Assembly (NCBI GenBank): GCA_040904565.1
Contig: JBBDTI010000018.1
Span: 1-50,901 of the forward strand
Direction: 5' to 3'
DNA length: 50,901 bases
Source: Rhodothermales bacterium
Lineage (GTDB): Bacteria > Bacteroidota > Rhodothermia > Rhodothermales > VXPQ01
Under the pieces are notes generated by a model that ran no database searches, was not told where the DNA came from, and was given only the letters and a program-made list of their open reading frames with translations. Positions 9,231 to 17,632 of this stretch are shown one piece after another (the first letter of the stretch is position 1; the number at the start of each line of letters is the position of its first letter). The position numbers and the translations under genes were made by a program.

Positions 9231-10631
9231 TCACGTCCGTCGCAGCTTGATCACGGTTTCCACGTGGTGCGTATGCGGAAATAGATCGACCGGCTGGACG
9301 GCCTCAATGCGGTACGTATCCCGCATCAGATCGAGATCGCGCGCCTGCGTCTGCGGGTTGCAGCTTACGTAGACGAAACGTTCGGGACCCAGCTCCGCGA
9401 TGCGTTCGACCACTTTGGGATGGAGTCCCGCACGTGGAGGATCGACGATCAATACGTCCGGTTGTCCGTGCTCCTCGACGAACTCCCGTCCGAAGAGATC
9501 CTGCATATCTCCTGTCACAAACGTACAATTGTCGACACCGTTCGTCACTGCGTTGGCGCGTGCATTCTGCACGGCTTCCTCGACGATCTCGATGCCGACG
9601 ACTCGGCGGACGGCATCGGCCACGAAGATGGAGATGGTCCCAGCGCCGCAGTACAGGTCATACACGAGGTCGTCGGACCGCAGCTCGGCAAACGCTTTCG
9701 CCACGTCATAGAGACGCTCCGCCTGGGCGGTGTTCGTCTGAAAAAAGGCCTCCGGAGCGATCTCGAACGTATGCGAACCGATGCGATCGTGAATGACGCC
9801 CGAACCGAAGATGGTACGGATCTCTTCACCGATAGCCGTCTGCGCCTTGCCCGTATGGATCGTGTTTACGAACGTCGTAACCTGCGGAAACGACTCCTTG
9901 AGATAGTCCGCCATGACCTTCATGCGGTCACCGTCGGATCCGTTCGTAACGAGATTAACCATGATCTCGCCCGTCCGCTCCCCTTCTCGAAGCACGAGGT
10001 GGCGCAGAAAGCCGACCTGCTTCCGAATGTGCCAGGGTTCCCAATCGTGCTTCTTGGCGAGGTCGCGAACGCCGTTGACGAGCGCCCTGCTCGTCGGTGA
10101 CTGCAGGTGACATTCCTTCAGGTCAAGCACCTTATCGAACGTTCCGGGTACGTGGAGCCCCAGTGCAAAGCTCGTATCGAAGTCCCGCCCCGTATCGATT
10201 TCCTCGCGCGTCAGCCAGCGCCCGGCACTGAAGGAAAACTCCATCTTGTTGCGATAATAGTAGATCTTTTCAGACCCGATGGCCGGTCGGACGTCGACGT
10301 CCTCGAAGCCGCCGTTGTGCACGAGCGCGTCCTCCACGCTCTGTGTTTTCGCGTCGAGCTGTGCGTCGTAGTCGACGTGCTGCCATTTGCATCCGCCGCA
10401 CGTACCGAAGTAATAGCAGCGGGCCGCCGTGCGAAGCACGCTCGGGGAAAGTACTTCTTCGATCTCGGCTTCCGCAAAGCTCTTTTTCTTCTTGTATACG
10501 CGGGCCCGCACGTGGTCGCCCGGTACGCCCCCGGGAACGAAGATGACGAATCCGTCCTTTCGCGCCAGCGACTTGCCCCGGTCGGCAAATTTATCGATGT
10601 GCAGTTCCAGCCGTTCGCCTCGTTTAACGAT
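9231..10631 (-). CDS. rlmD: 23S rRNA m5U1939 methyltransferase RlmD with N-terminal TRAM domain
   Basis: C..FG.CGGC.WQH Fe-S motif, YRNKMEF, FFQTN, DLYCGAG, DPPRAG, YVSCNP, D.FPHT.HVE. The frame stays open upstream of the ORF-track start (10511) through the TRAM domain; start proposed at ATC 10631 (exact start uncertain). Confidence 0.92.
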   Translation of the reverse strand: MVKRGERLELHIDKFADRGKSLARKDGFVIFVPGGVPGDHVRARVYKKKKSFAEAEIEEVLSPSVLRTAARCYYFGTCGGCKWQHVDYDAQLDAKTQSVEDALVHNGGFEDVDVRPAIGSEKIYYYRNKMEFSFSAGRWLTREEIDTGRDFDTSFALGLHVPGTFDKVLDLKECHLQSPTSRALVNGVRDLAKKHDWEPWHIRKQVGFLRHLVLREGERTGEIMVNLVTNGSDGDRMKVMADYLKESFPQVTTFVNTIHTGKAQTAIGEEIRTIFGSGVIHDRIGSHTFEIAPEAFFQTNTAQAERLYDVAKAFAELRSDDLVYDLYCGAGTISIFVADAVRRVVGIEIVEEAVQNARANAVTNGVDNCTFVTGDMQDLFGREFVEEHGQPDVLIVDPPRAGLHPKVVERIAELGPERFVYVSCNPQTQARDLDLMRDTYRIEAVQPVDLFPHTHHVETVIKLRRT

Positions 10632-10646
10632 AACGTAATCCCTCTA

Positions 10647-11255
10647 TCATGAATGAGTTTTCGCATGGATGGTCGTATGGTCCGCCTTCGCCGATGCCCC
10701 GTCGAACATGCGCAGTGCGTCGATCTTGCCTTCCCGTTCGACGAGCATGTCCAACATCTCATTCTCGACCGCCGCAAGGTTTTGGGCGAGCACCTGCAGT
10801 ACGGCGGCACCGGAACCGGGATAGCGCTTGATGATCGTCTTAAGGTCCGGTCGGAACAGTCCGAATACCTTCGCCTCCGTAATAGCCTGAGCGGTCTCCA
10901 TTCGACGAAAATCACCGAATAGCGACAGCTTTCCGAACGCCTCGCCCTCACCAACCTGTCTGAGTTCGTGCGGCACGCCCTCTTCGTCTTCCACCAGAAG
11001 ACGGACGCGGCCGGACCGCACGATGTACAGGCCCAAACCCGGATCTCGTTCGTAATAAAGAAACTCGTCACGCTTGTAGCTCCGACGGTGAAGTACCTCC
11101 GAGAGATCTCCCAGGACGCGCCCAGACAGCCCCCGGAAGAGGCTCACCTGTTTCAGCGTTTCGATGATCTCGCGGAGATCCGGATCTTCACGCGCCGCGA
11201 AGATGCGCTTCACGCGTCCGGTTATTCGTTGCAGGGCCGTACTGTTCAATGCCAT
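10647..11255 (-). CDS. stand-alone cyclic-nucleotide-binding domain protein (no HTH seen)
   Basis: LF.GLS...L, LY..R.G.V, G..FG..SL....R...A.A pattern of CNB domains; start taken at ATG 11255. Confidence 0.85.
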   Translation of the reverse strand: MALNSTALQRITGRVKRIFAAREDPDLREIIETLKQVSLFRGLSGRVLGDLSEVLHRRSYKRDEFLYYERDPGLGLYIVRSGRVRLLVEDEEGVPHELRQVGEGEAFGKLSLFGDFRRMETAQAITEAKVFGLFRPDLKTIIKRYPGSGAAVLQVLAQNLAAVENEMLDMLVEREGKIDALRMFDGASAKADHTTIHAKTHS

Positions 11256-11324
11256 GGGCGGGTGCCTGTAATGCAGCGGTTCGACGAACAAAATACGTGC
11301 TGGCGTCCAGACGAACCGTACGGT

Positions 11325-13787
11325 TCAAAAGGCGTGGCCGATCCCGAAATGGGGCCGCGGAGAACCGATCCCGTCAGGAAATAACCCGGAGTCGCCGTCG
11401 CTCGGGTTGTAGACCTTTACACCGAAATCAAGACGGAGAATCAAATATTCCCATGCGGCCCGAAGACCGAGTCCCGTACCGACGCCGATTTGCCGATAGA
11501 ATGAATCGAGGTGGAAGCGACCGTCGGTCTGCCTGGGTTCATCTTCACCGAAGCCGGGGTTACGCGGACCGAACCAGACGTTCCCGGCGTCCAGGAAGAG
11601 CACGCCGATCCAGTCGGCCGCCAGCAGGGACCGAAGCAGCGTACGGCGCGCCTCGATACCCGCTTCGAGCTTGATGTCGCCGCCGAGCAGATTCGTCACG
11701 GAGCCGGTCTCGGCGGCGCTGCCGCCACTGGTGAAAGTGGACGCACCCGGGCCGAGCTCGCGCAGCCCCCATCCGCGGACGCTGGAAGCGCCGCCACTGT
11801 AGAATCTACGGTCGAACGGCACGACGGGAGAACCACCCGTTGGATGGGCCATTCCGGCGAGAAACTTGTAGGCGAGAATTATCGACGGCGTAAGAGGCCG
11901 GTACCGGCGAACGTCGCCTACGGCTCGAAGATACTGTCTGTAAATGAGGCGGCCGGGGGTTCCTTCCTCCCTAAACACGGGTAAGCCCGGCAGGCTTCCC
12001 TCTAGGACACCCGGCGTGGTCACGAAGCGGTCGAGCAGGTAGGGCAGATTGTTTCCGATTTCGACCGCGCCTTCGTAGCTGTAGCCGCGCTCTCGACGGA
12101 GGGGATTCACATCTGCCGAGCGAAGCGTGTACCGCAGCGCCGTATTGACCTGAGGTACGGTGTAGTCTTCCAGAATCTGGGCATACTGTACCGGATCCGA
12201 CTCGCGGTCGAGAAAGCGGCTGAGGATGTCTGACCGGAAATTGCTCAACGTATCGGGGTTGCTCAAGCTCAGATCGAGTACGTCGACGAACGACGTCAGG
12301 GTAGGATTATGCCGAAGCTCGAGCCGATATCGCGCGTTACCTCGCCCACGGATAATCAGCCCGATATCGTCGCGCCTGGCCGTCAACAGGCTCAGCGACA
12401 ACCTCGTCCGTGCATCGTAGAGCGAGAGTCGATCCTCCAGCGTGTTGAACGGCCGTATGAGGTACGGAAGCGTCAGTGACGTCACCACTTCAGCCTGAGC
12501 GGCCGTGAAGATGGTAGAATCGATGTCGGCGGAGATAGAACCCGTGGTGCGTACGCGAAAGACCTCGGCACCACCGAAAAAATTGGCGTTCTCATAGGAT
12601 ACGCCCGCGCCCGTTCCGAGCTCGGTATCGGCACCGCCGAGCACTCCGGTACGCTGCAGCATGAACGTTTCCAGTCGGATCTGATGCCGGTTCCTCGTTC
12701 GCAAATCGATGTGATGGGGCAATCGCGGAACGCCGGCCGTCGTATCGACGGCTTCCGGTTGCGGGACGATATCCGTAAACAAAAAAACGCCCGTCGCTTC
12801 CATGCGCCGTTTGGTGGCCAGAATGTCGGACTGTGCGTACCAATCGCCCGGGCGGAATTGCAGCGTCCGCGACAGCAACCTCGGAGAGAGCTTGTTGTCG
12901 TGCTCGATCCGGTACGCGGCGCGCCCTACCTCGCCTGTATCGGAACGGGTCTGGAGCTGCAGGGCTCCGCTGCGCGTTCCGGCCTCCTCTTCCGGGCCGA
13001 CCACGCTGTACGACACGTCTCCGAAGCGGTAACGCGGTCCGGTACCGACAAGGAATCGAACGTCGAAACTATCCGTCGACGACGCATACACGACGGCACG
13101 GATCGAGTCGCGCGTTACGGCCGCATACCCTTCGTTCCGCAAAAACGAAAGGACGCGACGGCGTTCTTCGAGCAAGGTCGTTTCGGAGTACCGCTGGTCG
13201 CGTCCCTTCAGTCGGAGACCACTGACGGACGCATCACGGTCGGCACGCAGGACCGTTTCGCGCAGCAGTGCCGCCTTCCGGTCGTCCGGGAGGTGATCCA
13301 GTCCGTCGTAGGTCGCCTCACGGATATAGGTCGGCTGTCCAGGATTGATCTGGAAAGTGATGGACACGTTTCCACCGGACAGCGTGTCGACATCGGCATT
13401 CACGACGGCATCCCTGAGCCCCTCCTGACGATACAGCAGGCGAAGCCGTTCGAGGTCGGCTCCCACGACGCTCATATCGAGATACGCGGGCGGCTCGCCC
13501 CCGGCCATGAACGCATTGCTCATGCGCTCTCCGAGCGAACCGCGTTCCCCGAGGCGGTAGAGCCACAACCACCAGGTCATCCCGGGAATGCCCAGAAATC
13601 GCCGGTTCGGCTGCATACGCACCCGAGAAAGCAACTCACGAGTCGCGAAATATTCGTTCCCGGCGAAGCGTATCTCGGTAACGATGGGCCCGGAGGATGA
13701 GGTACCGGGTACGGAGGCATTCTGCGCAGACGCCGTCGACAGGCCGCCGGAGCCGAGACTGATCGTGAGAAGAAAAGAGAGAAGGAT
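11325..13787 (-). CDS. BamA/TamA (Omp85) family outer membrane protein
   Basis: POTRA-like repeats, RFYSGG.SSVRGW lid motif, FLDAGNVW, G.G.GLR, RLDFG, terminal IGHAF. The 5' end is uncertain (ATC 13787, TTG 13886 or ATG 13907). Confidence 0.88.
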   Translation of the reverse strand: MLLSFLLTISLGSGGLSTASAQNASVPGTSSSGPIVTEIRFAGNEYFATRELLSRVRMQPNRRFLGIPGMTWWLWLYRLGERGSLGERMSNAFMAGGEPPAYLDMSVVGADLERLRLLYRQEGLRDAVVNADVDTLSGGNVSITFQINPGQPTYIREATYDGLDHLPDDRKAALLRETVLRADRDASVSGLRLKGRDQRYSETTLLEERRRVLSFLRNEGYAAVTRDSIRAVVYASSTDSFDVRFLVGTGPRYRFGDVSYSVVGPEEEAGTRSGALQLQTRSDTGEVGRAAYRIEHDNKLSPRLLSRTLQFRPGDWYAQSDILATKRRMEATGVFLFTDIVPQPEAVDTTAGVPRLPHHIDLRTRNRHQIRLETFMLQRTGVLGGADTELGTGAGVSYENANFFGGAEVFRVRTTGSISADIDSTIFTAAQAEVVTSLTLPYLIRPFNTLEDRLSLYDARTRLSLSLLTARRDDIGLIIRGRGNARYRLELRHNPTLTSFVDVLDLSLSNPDTLSNFRSDILSRFLDRESDPVQYAQILEDYTVPQVNTALRYTLRSADVNPLRRERGYSYEGAVEIGNNLPYLLDRFVTTPGVLEGSLPGLPVFREEGTPGRLIYRQYLRAVGDVRRYRPLTPSIILAYKFLAGMAHPTGGSPVVPFDRRFYSGGASSVRGWGLRELGPGASTFTSGGSAAETGSVTNLLGGDIKLEAGIEARRTLLRSLLAADWIGVLFLDAGNVWFGPRNPGFGEDEPRQTDGRFHLDSFYRQIGVGTGLGLRAAWEYLILRLDFGVKVYNPSDGDSGLFPDGIGSPRPHFGIGHAF

Positions 13788-13824
13788 CGAGACGCTCCTA
13801 TGAACGCGTACCGAGCGAGGAGAA

Positions 13825-14043
13825 CTACTCTTCCTCGAAGTAGAAGTCGTCGTCGGCCGTAGGATAATCCGGCCAGACCTCCTCAATGCTCTCGTACGGC
13901 TCTCCATCGTCCTCAATATCCTCGAGATTCTCAACGACCTCAAGCGGTGCGCCCGTACGCTCAGCGTAGTCGATTAGTTCTTCTTTCGTAGCAGGCCAGG
14001 GTGCATCCTCGAGATACGATGCCAGTTCGAGACTCCAGTACAT
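13825..14043 (-). CDS. DUF2795 family small acidic protein
   Basis: MYWSLELASYLEDAPWPATKEELIDYA.RTGAPLEVVENL, a highly conserved FCB-group small protein. Confidence 0.9.
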   Translation of the reverse strand: MYWSLELASYLEDAPWPATKEELIDYAERTGAPLEVVENLEDIEDDGEPYESIEEVWPDYPTADDDFYFEEE

Positions 14044-14327
14044 GACAGGTTTAAAGGTTGGAGATCCTACGAGTTGGCCGTCAGGCGGCCGCTAAATCCG
14101 GCGGTGCGCACCGGGCAAGCACTATAGGCTACCCCCTCTACAAAAGCAAGAGGGTGCGGTGCCTCGCTAGCATGGATATGCGCCAGGTGGCGCCAGGTTT
14201 TCCGGTCGATGCAAATTCCGTGTGCGGACAGGAAGACGTGCACGGCATCGACGCATGACGACAGGACATGATGACGGGGGTGGAGGCAGACGTTCCGTTG
14301 GAGCCGCGAACCTGCACGGCTTAGCTC

Positions 14328-15305
14328 TCAGTCTAGAGAGATGGTCGTGTTCTCGGTCTGCTCCACCAGTTTCCTGTACTCGGCGGGCGTCATGCTGGGC
14401 GCGAAGAAATACACGGGGTTCATCGTCTGTCCCTCGGAGTCGCGCACCTCGTAGTGGACGTGAGGGCCCGTCGAACGACCCGTCGAGCCGCTGTACCCCA
14501 GTACGTCTCCGCGTGCGACGCGTCGACCCGGACGAAGACCGGATTCGATCTCCGATAAATGGGCGTAAAGCGTCGTGTATCCCGTGGCCGGATGATCGAT
14601 CTCGACGTAGTTGCCGTAACTCGCACTGAAATTCGTTTCACGAATAATACCTTCACCGGACGCCACGACGGGTGAGCCGGCGTCTACCAGCACGTCGAGA
14701 CCGGTGTGCATCTTACGAACACCCAGTATGGGGTGCAGTCGATATCCGAATCCGGATACTACCGGCCCGTTAGCAGGCAGAATGGCCGGCGTCTGACGCA
14801 GCTGATCCTGGCGTTCGCTCGCCAGCGCGGACAGCTCGCGATAGCTGGCATTCTGAAGACTGATTCCGCGCTCGAGACGATCCAGCTTCTGCGAGGTCTC
14901 TTTGAGGAGTGAGGCCGTCGCAGAACTAAACCGGCTGAAGTCCTGGTACGGATCCGTGCCGCCGACACCAACCTGGCGGACGTCGTTCGAGATCGATTCA
15001 GCCTGGAAGATCGTCCGATACAGCTCCTGATCCGACTGGGTGAGGTCTTGAAGCTCCTCCGAATAGGCATCGACGCGCTCACTGACGTCCGACAACTGCG
15101 TGCGAAGTGCTTCGTTTTCCGCCATCAGGGCAAGTTCTTGGGGGGTCTGCGAGAATTCATCCACCCCCCATGAAATAGCGCTGGCGACGAGAAAGGCCAC
15201 GACCAACACCGCGACACCATGCAGGACGTACTGCGAGCGTTTCCTCGATACCTCGACGAAGCTGCACGACTCCTGGTCGTAATAGTAGTAGCGGTTCTTC
15301 GGCAT
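14328..15305 (-). CDS. M23 family metallopeptidase
   Basis: N-terminal TM, coiled coil, then HTGLD, YGNYV, TLYAHL and STGPHVHYEV zinc motifs. Confidence 0.93.
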   Translation of the reverse strand: MPKNRYYYYDQESCSFVEVSRKRSQYVLHGVAVLVVAFLVASAISWGVDEFSQTPQELALMAENEALRTQLSDVSERVDAYSEELQDLTQSDQELYRTIFQAESISNDVRQVGVGGTDPYQDFSRFSSATASLLKETSQKLDRLERGISLQNASYRELSALASERQDQLRQTPAILPANGPVVSGFGYRLHPILGVRKMHTGLDVLVDAGSPVVASGEGIIRETNFSASYGNYVEIDHPATGYTTLYAHLSEIESGLRPGRRVARGDVLGYSGSTGRSTGPHVHYEVRDSEGQTMNPVYFFAPSMTPAEYRKLVEQTENTTISLD

Positions 15306-15529
15306 GCTCTAGAATATTTTCGAAACGGTTCCGTGCTCGCGGAGAGGTTCGTTCACGTGCTTGATTCTACAAATACCGGGCCTAAAAAACGCAACGTAAT
15401 ATAGCTCGACCTCAAAAGGTTGTCAACCTGACGCGAATGCCGATAGATCCGTGAAATTTTTACCTGCGTAACATTCCCTATGGAAATGATTTCGGGATGT
15501 CGGCTCGAATCCGCCTTCATCGACAGGCT

Positions 15530-16546
15530 TCATTCGTAGTCGTGCTCGAAGTATTCGATGCCGCGCGCGGGCTCGGACGGACCCTTGGCCCGAATCCGAT
15601 CGGCCAGGCGCTTGGCGAACACTTCGGCCGGATCGTAGCCGTAATGCCGAAGGAGGTGATTCATGGCGATGACCTCGCAGATTACCGTGATGTTCTTCCC
15701 CGGCGTGATGGGGACTTTGACCATGGGAAGATCGGCGTCGAGCACGGTAAACGTGTCGTCCACCATACCCAATCGCGTATATTCTTCGTCCTGGTCCCAC
15801 AGCCGCATGTTGACGACGACCTCGACGCGCTTCTGAAAGCGAATCGCCCGAATGCCGAACATCGCGCGAACGTCGACGAGCCCGAGTCCTCGTACTTCCA
15901 TGAAGTGTTGCACGAGATCCGTCCCGGATCCCATCAGGACCTGCTCCTCTTTCTTCGTCACGATCACGACGTCATCCGCGACGAGCCGGTGCCCCCGCTC
16001 GACGAGGTCCAGGGCCACTTCGCTCTTGCCGATACCCGACTTACCCGTGAGAAGAAGTCCGATGCCGTACACATCGACCAGCGAGCCATGGATCGTTTGC
16101 TGCAGGGCAAACTGATCACTCAGAAAGTCCCGCAGAACGGCCATGAAATGGGTCGACGGAAGCGGCGTCTGGTACACGGGAACGCCGCGGTCCGTCGCCC
16201 GATCGACGAGACCCTCCGACAGCACGTTATTCTCGGTCAGAATGATGCACGGGATCGAAAAGTTGACCAGCGTATCGAACGCCTTGCGCCGATCGTCCGG
16301 TGATTGATAGCGGAGATAGTGATTCTCCGTGTTTCCCAGTATCTGAACGCGGTGGTGGGTGAATAGCTCGGTATATCCCGCGAGCACGAGACCTGGACGG
16401 TGGAGATTACTTTCGATAACGAGCTGCTCCGACGCGTCGACGGCATTCATCGGCACAATCTCTACGCCGACGGCCGATCGGAGCTGCTCCACCATGAACT
16501 CGACGGTGATAGACTCCTTTTTAAAGACTTTGGCTTGATGGGGCAC
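15530..16546 (-). CDS. hprK: HPr(Ser) kinase/phosphorylase
   Basis: RPGL.LAGY, R.QILG.TE, HG.LVDVYG.G.L.TG.SG.GKSE.AL.LV.RGHRLVADD, EVRGLG; GTG start with GAGGTG SD. Confidence 0.96.
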   Translation of the reverse strand: MPHQAKVFKKESITVEFMVEQLRSAVGVEIVPMNAVDASEQLVIESNLHRPGLVLAGYTELFTHHRVQILGNTENHYLRYQSPDDRRKAFDTLVNFSIPCIILTENNVLSEGLVDRATDRGVPVYQTPLPSTHFMAVLRDFLSDQFALQQTIHGSLVDVYGIGLLLTGKSGIGKSEVALDLVERGHRLVADDVVIVTKKEEQVLMGSGTDLVQHFMEVRGLGLVDVRAMFGIRAIRFQKRVEVVVNMRLWDQDEEYTRLGMVDDTFTVLDADLPMVKVPITPGKNITVICEVIAMNHLLRHYGYDPAEVFAKRLADRIRAKGPSEPARGIEYFEHDYE

Positions 16547-16591
16547 GATGGTACACCTCGGTAGGGCCGTCTGTATGCAGTCGAGCTAGAA

Positions 16592-17596
16592 CTAGGGGAC
16601 TTCCACGGTTTCGAGCAATCGCTGAACCAGGTCGTCGCTCGTCACTTCCTCAGCTTCCGCTTCATACGAGATGGCGATACGGTGACGCATGACGTCAAGA
16701 GCGATGGAGCGGACGTCTTCGGGCGTCACGTAGGCACGATGCTCCAGAAACGCGTGGGCGCGGGCCGCGAGATTCAAGTTGATTGTCGCCCGCGGCGACG
16801 CTCCGAACTCGACAAGGGGCTCGATGCTCGAGAGCCGGTAGTCGGACGGCTTCCGCGATGCCATGACGAGATCGACGATGTATTTCTCCACGCGCTCATC
16901 CATGTACAGGTCGTTGAGCACGGTCCGCGCCGTCAGGATCTGGTCGGGCTGGACGACGGGCTTGACCTCAGCCTTTTTCCCGGTTCGCGCCATCCGGCGC
17001 ATGATCTCAAGCTCTTCGTCTCGCGTCGGGTAGCCGACCTTGATCTTCATCATGAATCGATCGACCTGTGCTTCGGGCAGCGGATACGTCCCTTCCTGCT
17101 CGATCGGATTTTGCGTCGCGAGTACGAGGAACGGCTCGTCGAGCTCGAAGGTCGTCTCCCCGATCGTAACCTGCCGTTCCTGCATACTCTCGAGGAGGGC
17201 GCTCTGCACCTTCGCGGGCGATCGATTGATCTCGTCCGCCAGAATGATGTTCGCGAAGATGGGGCCTTTCTTAATGAAAAAGGACCCGTCCTTCTGGTTG
17301 TAGACCAGGGTTCCAAGCAGGTCGGCCGGCAGCAGGTCGGGTGTAAACTGAATCCGCTGGAACCGGGTACCGATGCATCGGGCTAGCGAGCTGACCGTCA
17401 GCGTCTTTGCGAGGCCCGGCACGCCTTCGAGGAGCACGTGCCCGTCGCCGAGCAGCCCGATCAGCAGGCGCTCGATCATATAGCGCTGCCCCACCACGAC
17501 GCGCCCGATCTCTTCAAGAAGCTGATCCACGAACGCACTTTCTTTCTTGATGCGTTCGTTGACCTCGGAAATGTCGAACTGAGTCGCAGGTTGCAA
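16592..17596 (-). CDS. MoxR family AAA+ ATPase
   Basis: LLEGVPGLAKT, RIQFTPDLLPAD, LADEINR, ATQNPIEQEGTYPLPEAQ.DRF, GASPR. Confidence 0.95.
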   Translation of the reverse strand: MQPATQFDISEVNERIKKESAFVDQLLEEIGRVVVGQRYMIERLLIGLLGDGHVLLEGVPGLAKTLTVSSLARCIGTRFQRIQFTPDLLPADLLGTLVYNQKDGSFFIKKGPIFANIILADEINRSPAKVQSALLESMQERQVTIGETTFELDEPFLVLATQNPIEQEGTYPLPEAQVDRFMMKIKVGYPTRDEELEIMRRMARTGKKAEVKPVVQPDQILTARTVLNDLYMDERVEKYIVDLVMASRKPSDYRLSSIEPLVEFGASPRATINLNLAARAHAFLEHRAYVTPEDVRSIALDVMRHRIAISYEAEAEEVTSDDLVQRLLETVEVP

Positions 17597-17632
17597 GCTT
17601 TCGGCGGACGATTAGGGGGTAGGCATCGAGGG

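Noticed and set aside
10644-10649. Readthrough or selenocysteine fusion of the CNB gene to in-frame rlmD
   Set aside because: Two consecutive stops (TGA TAG) and no SECIS-like hairpin; independent initiation is simpler.
14044-14327. Palindrome CGGTGCGCACCG, tandem GCGCCAGGT and a CCCTCT/AGAGGG hairpin upstream of DUF2795
   Set aside because: Short elements compatible with chance at this GC content; no recognisable RNA family.
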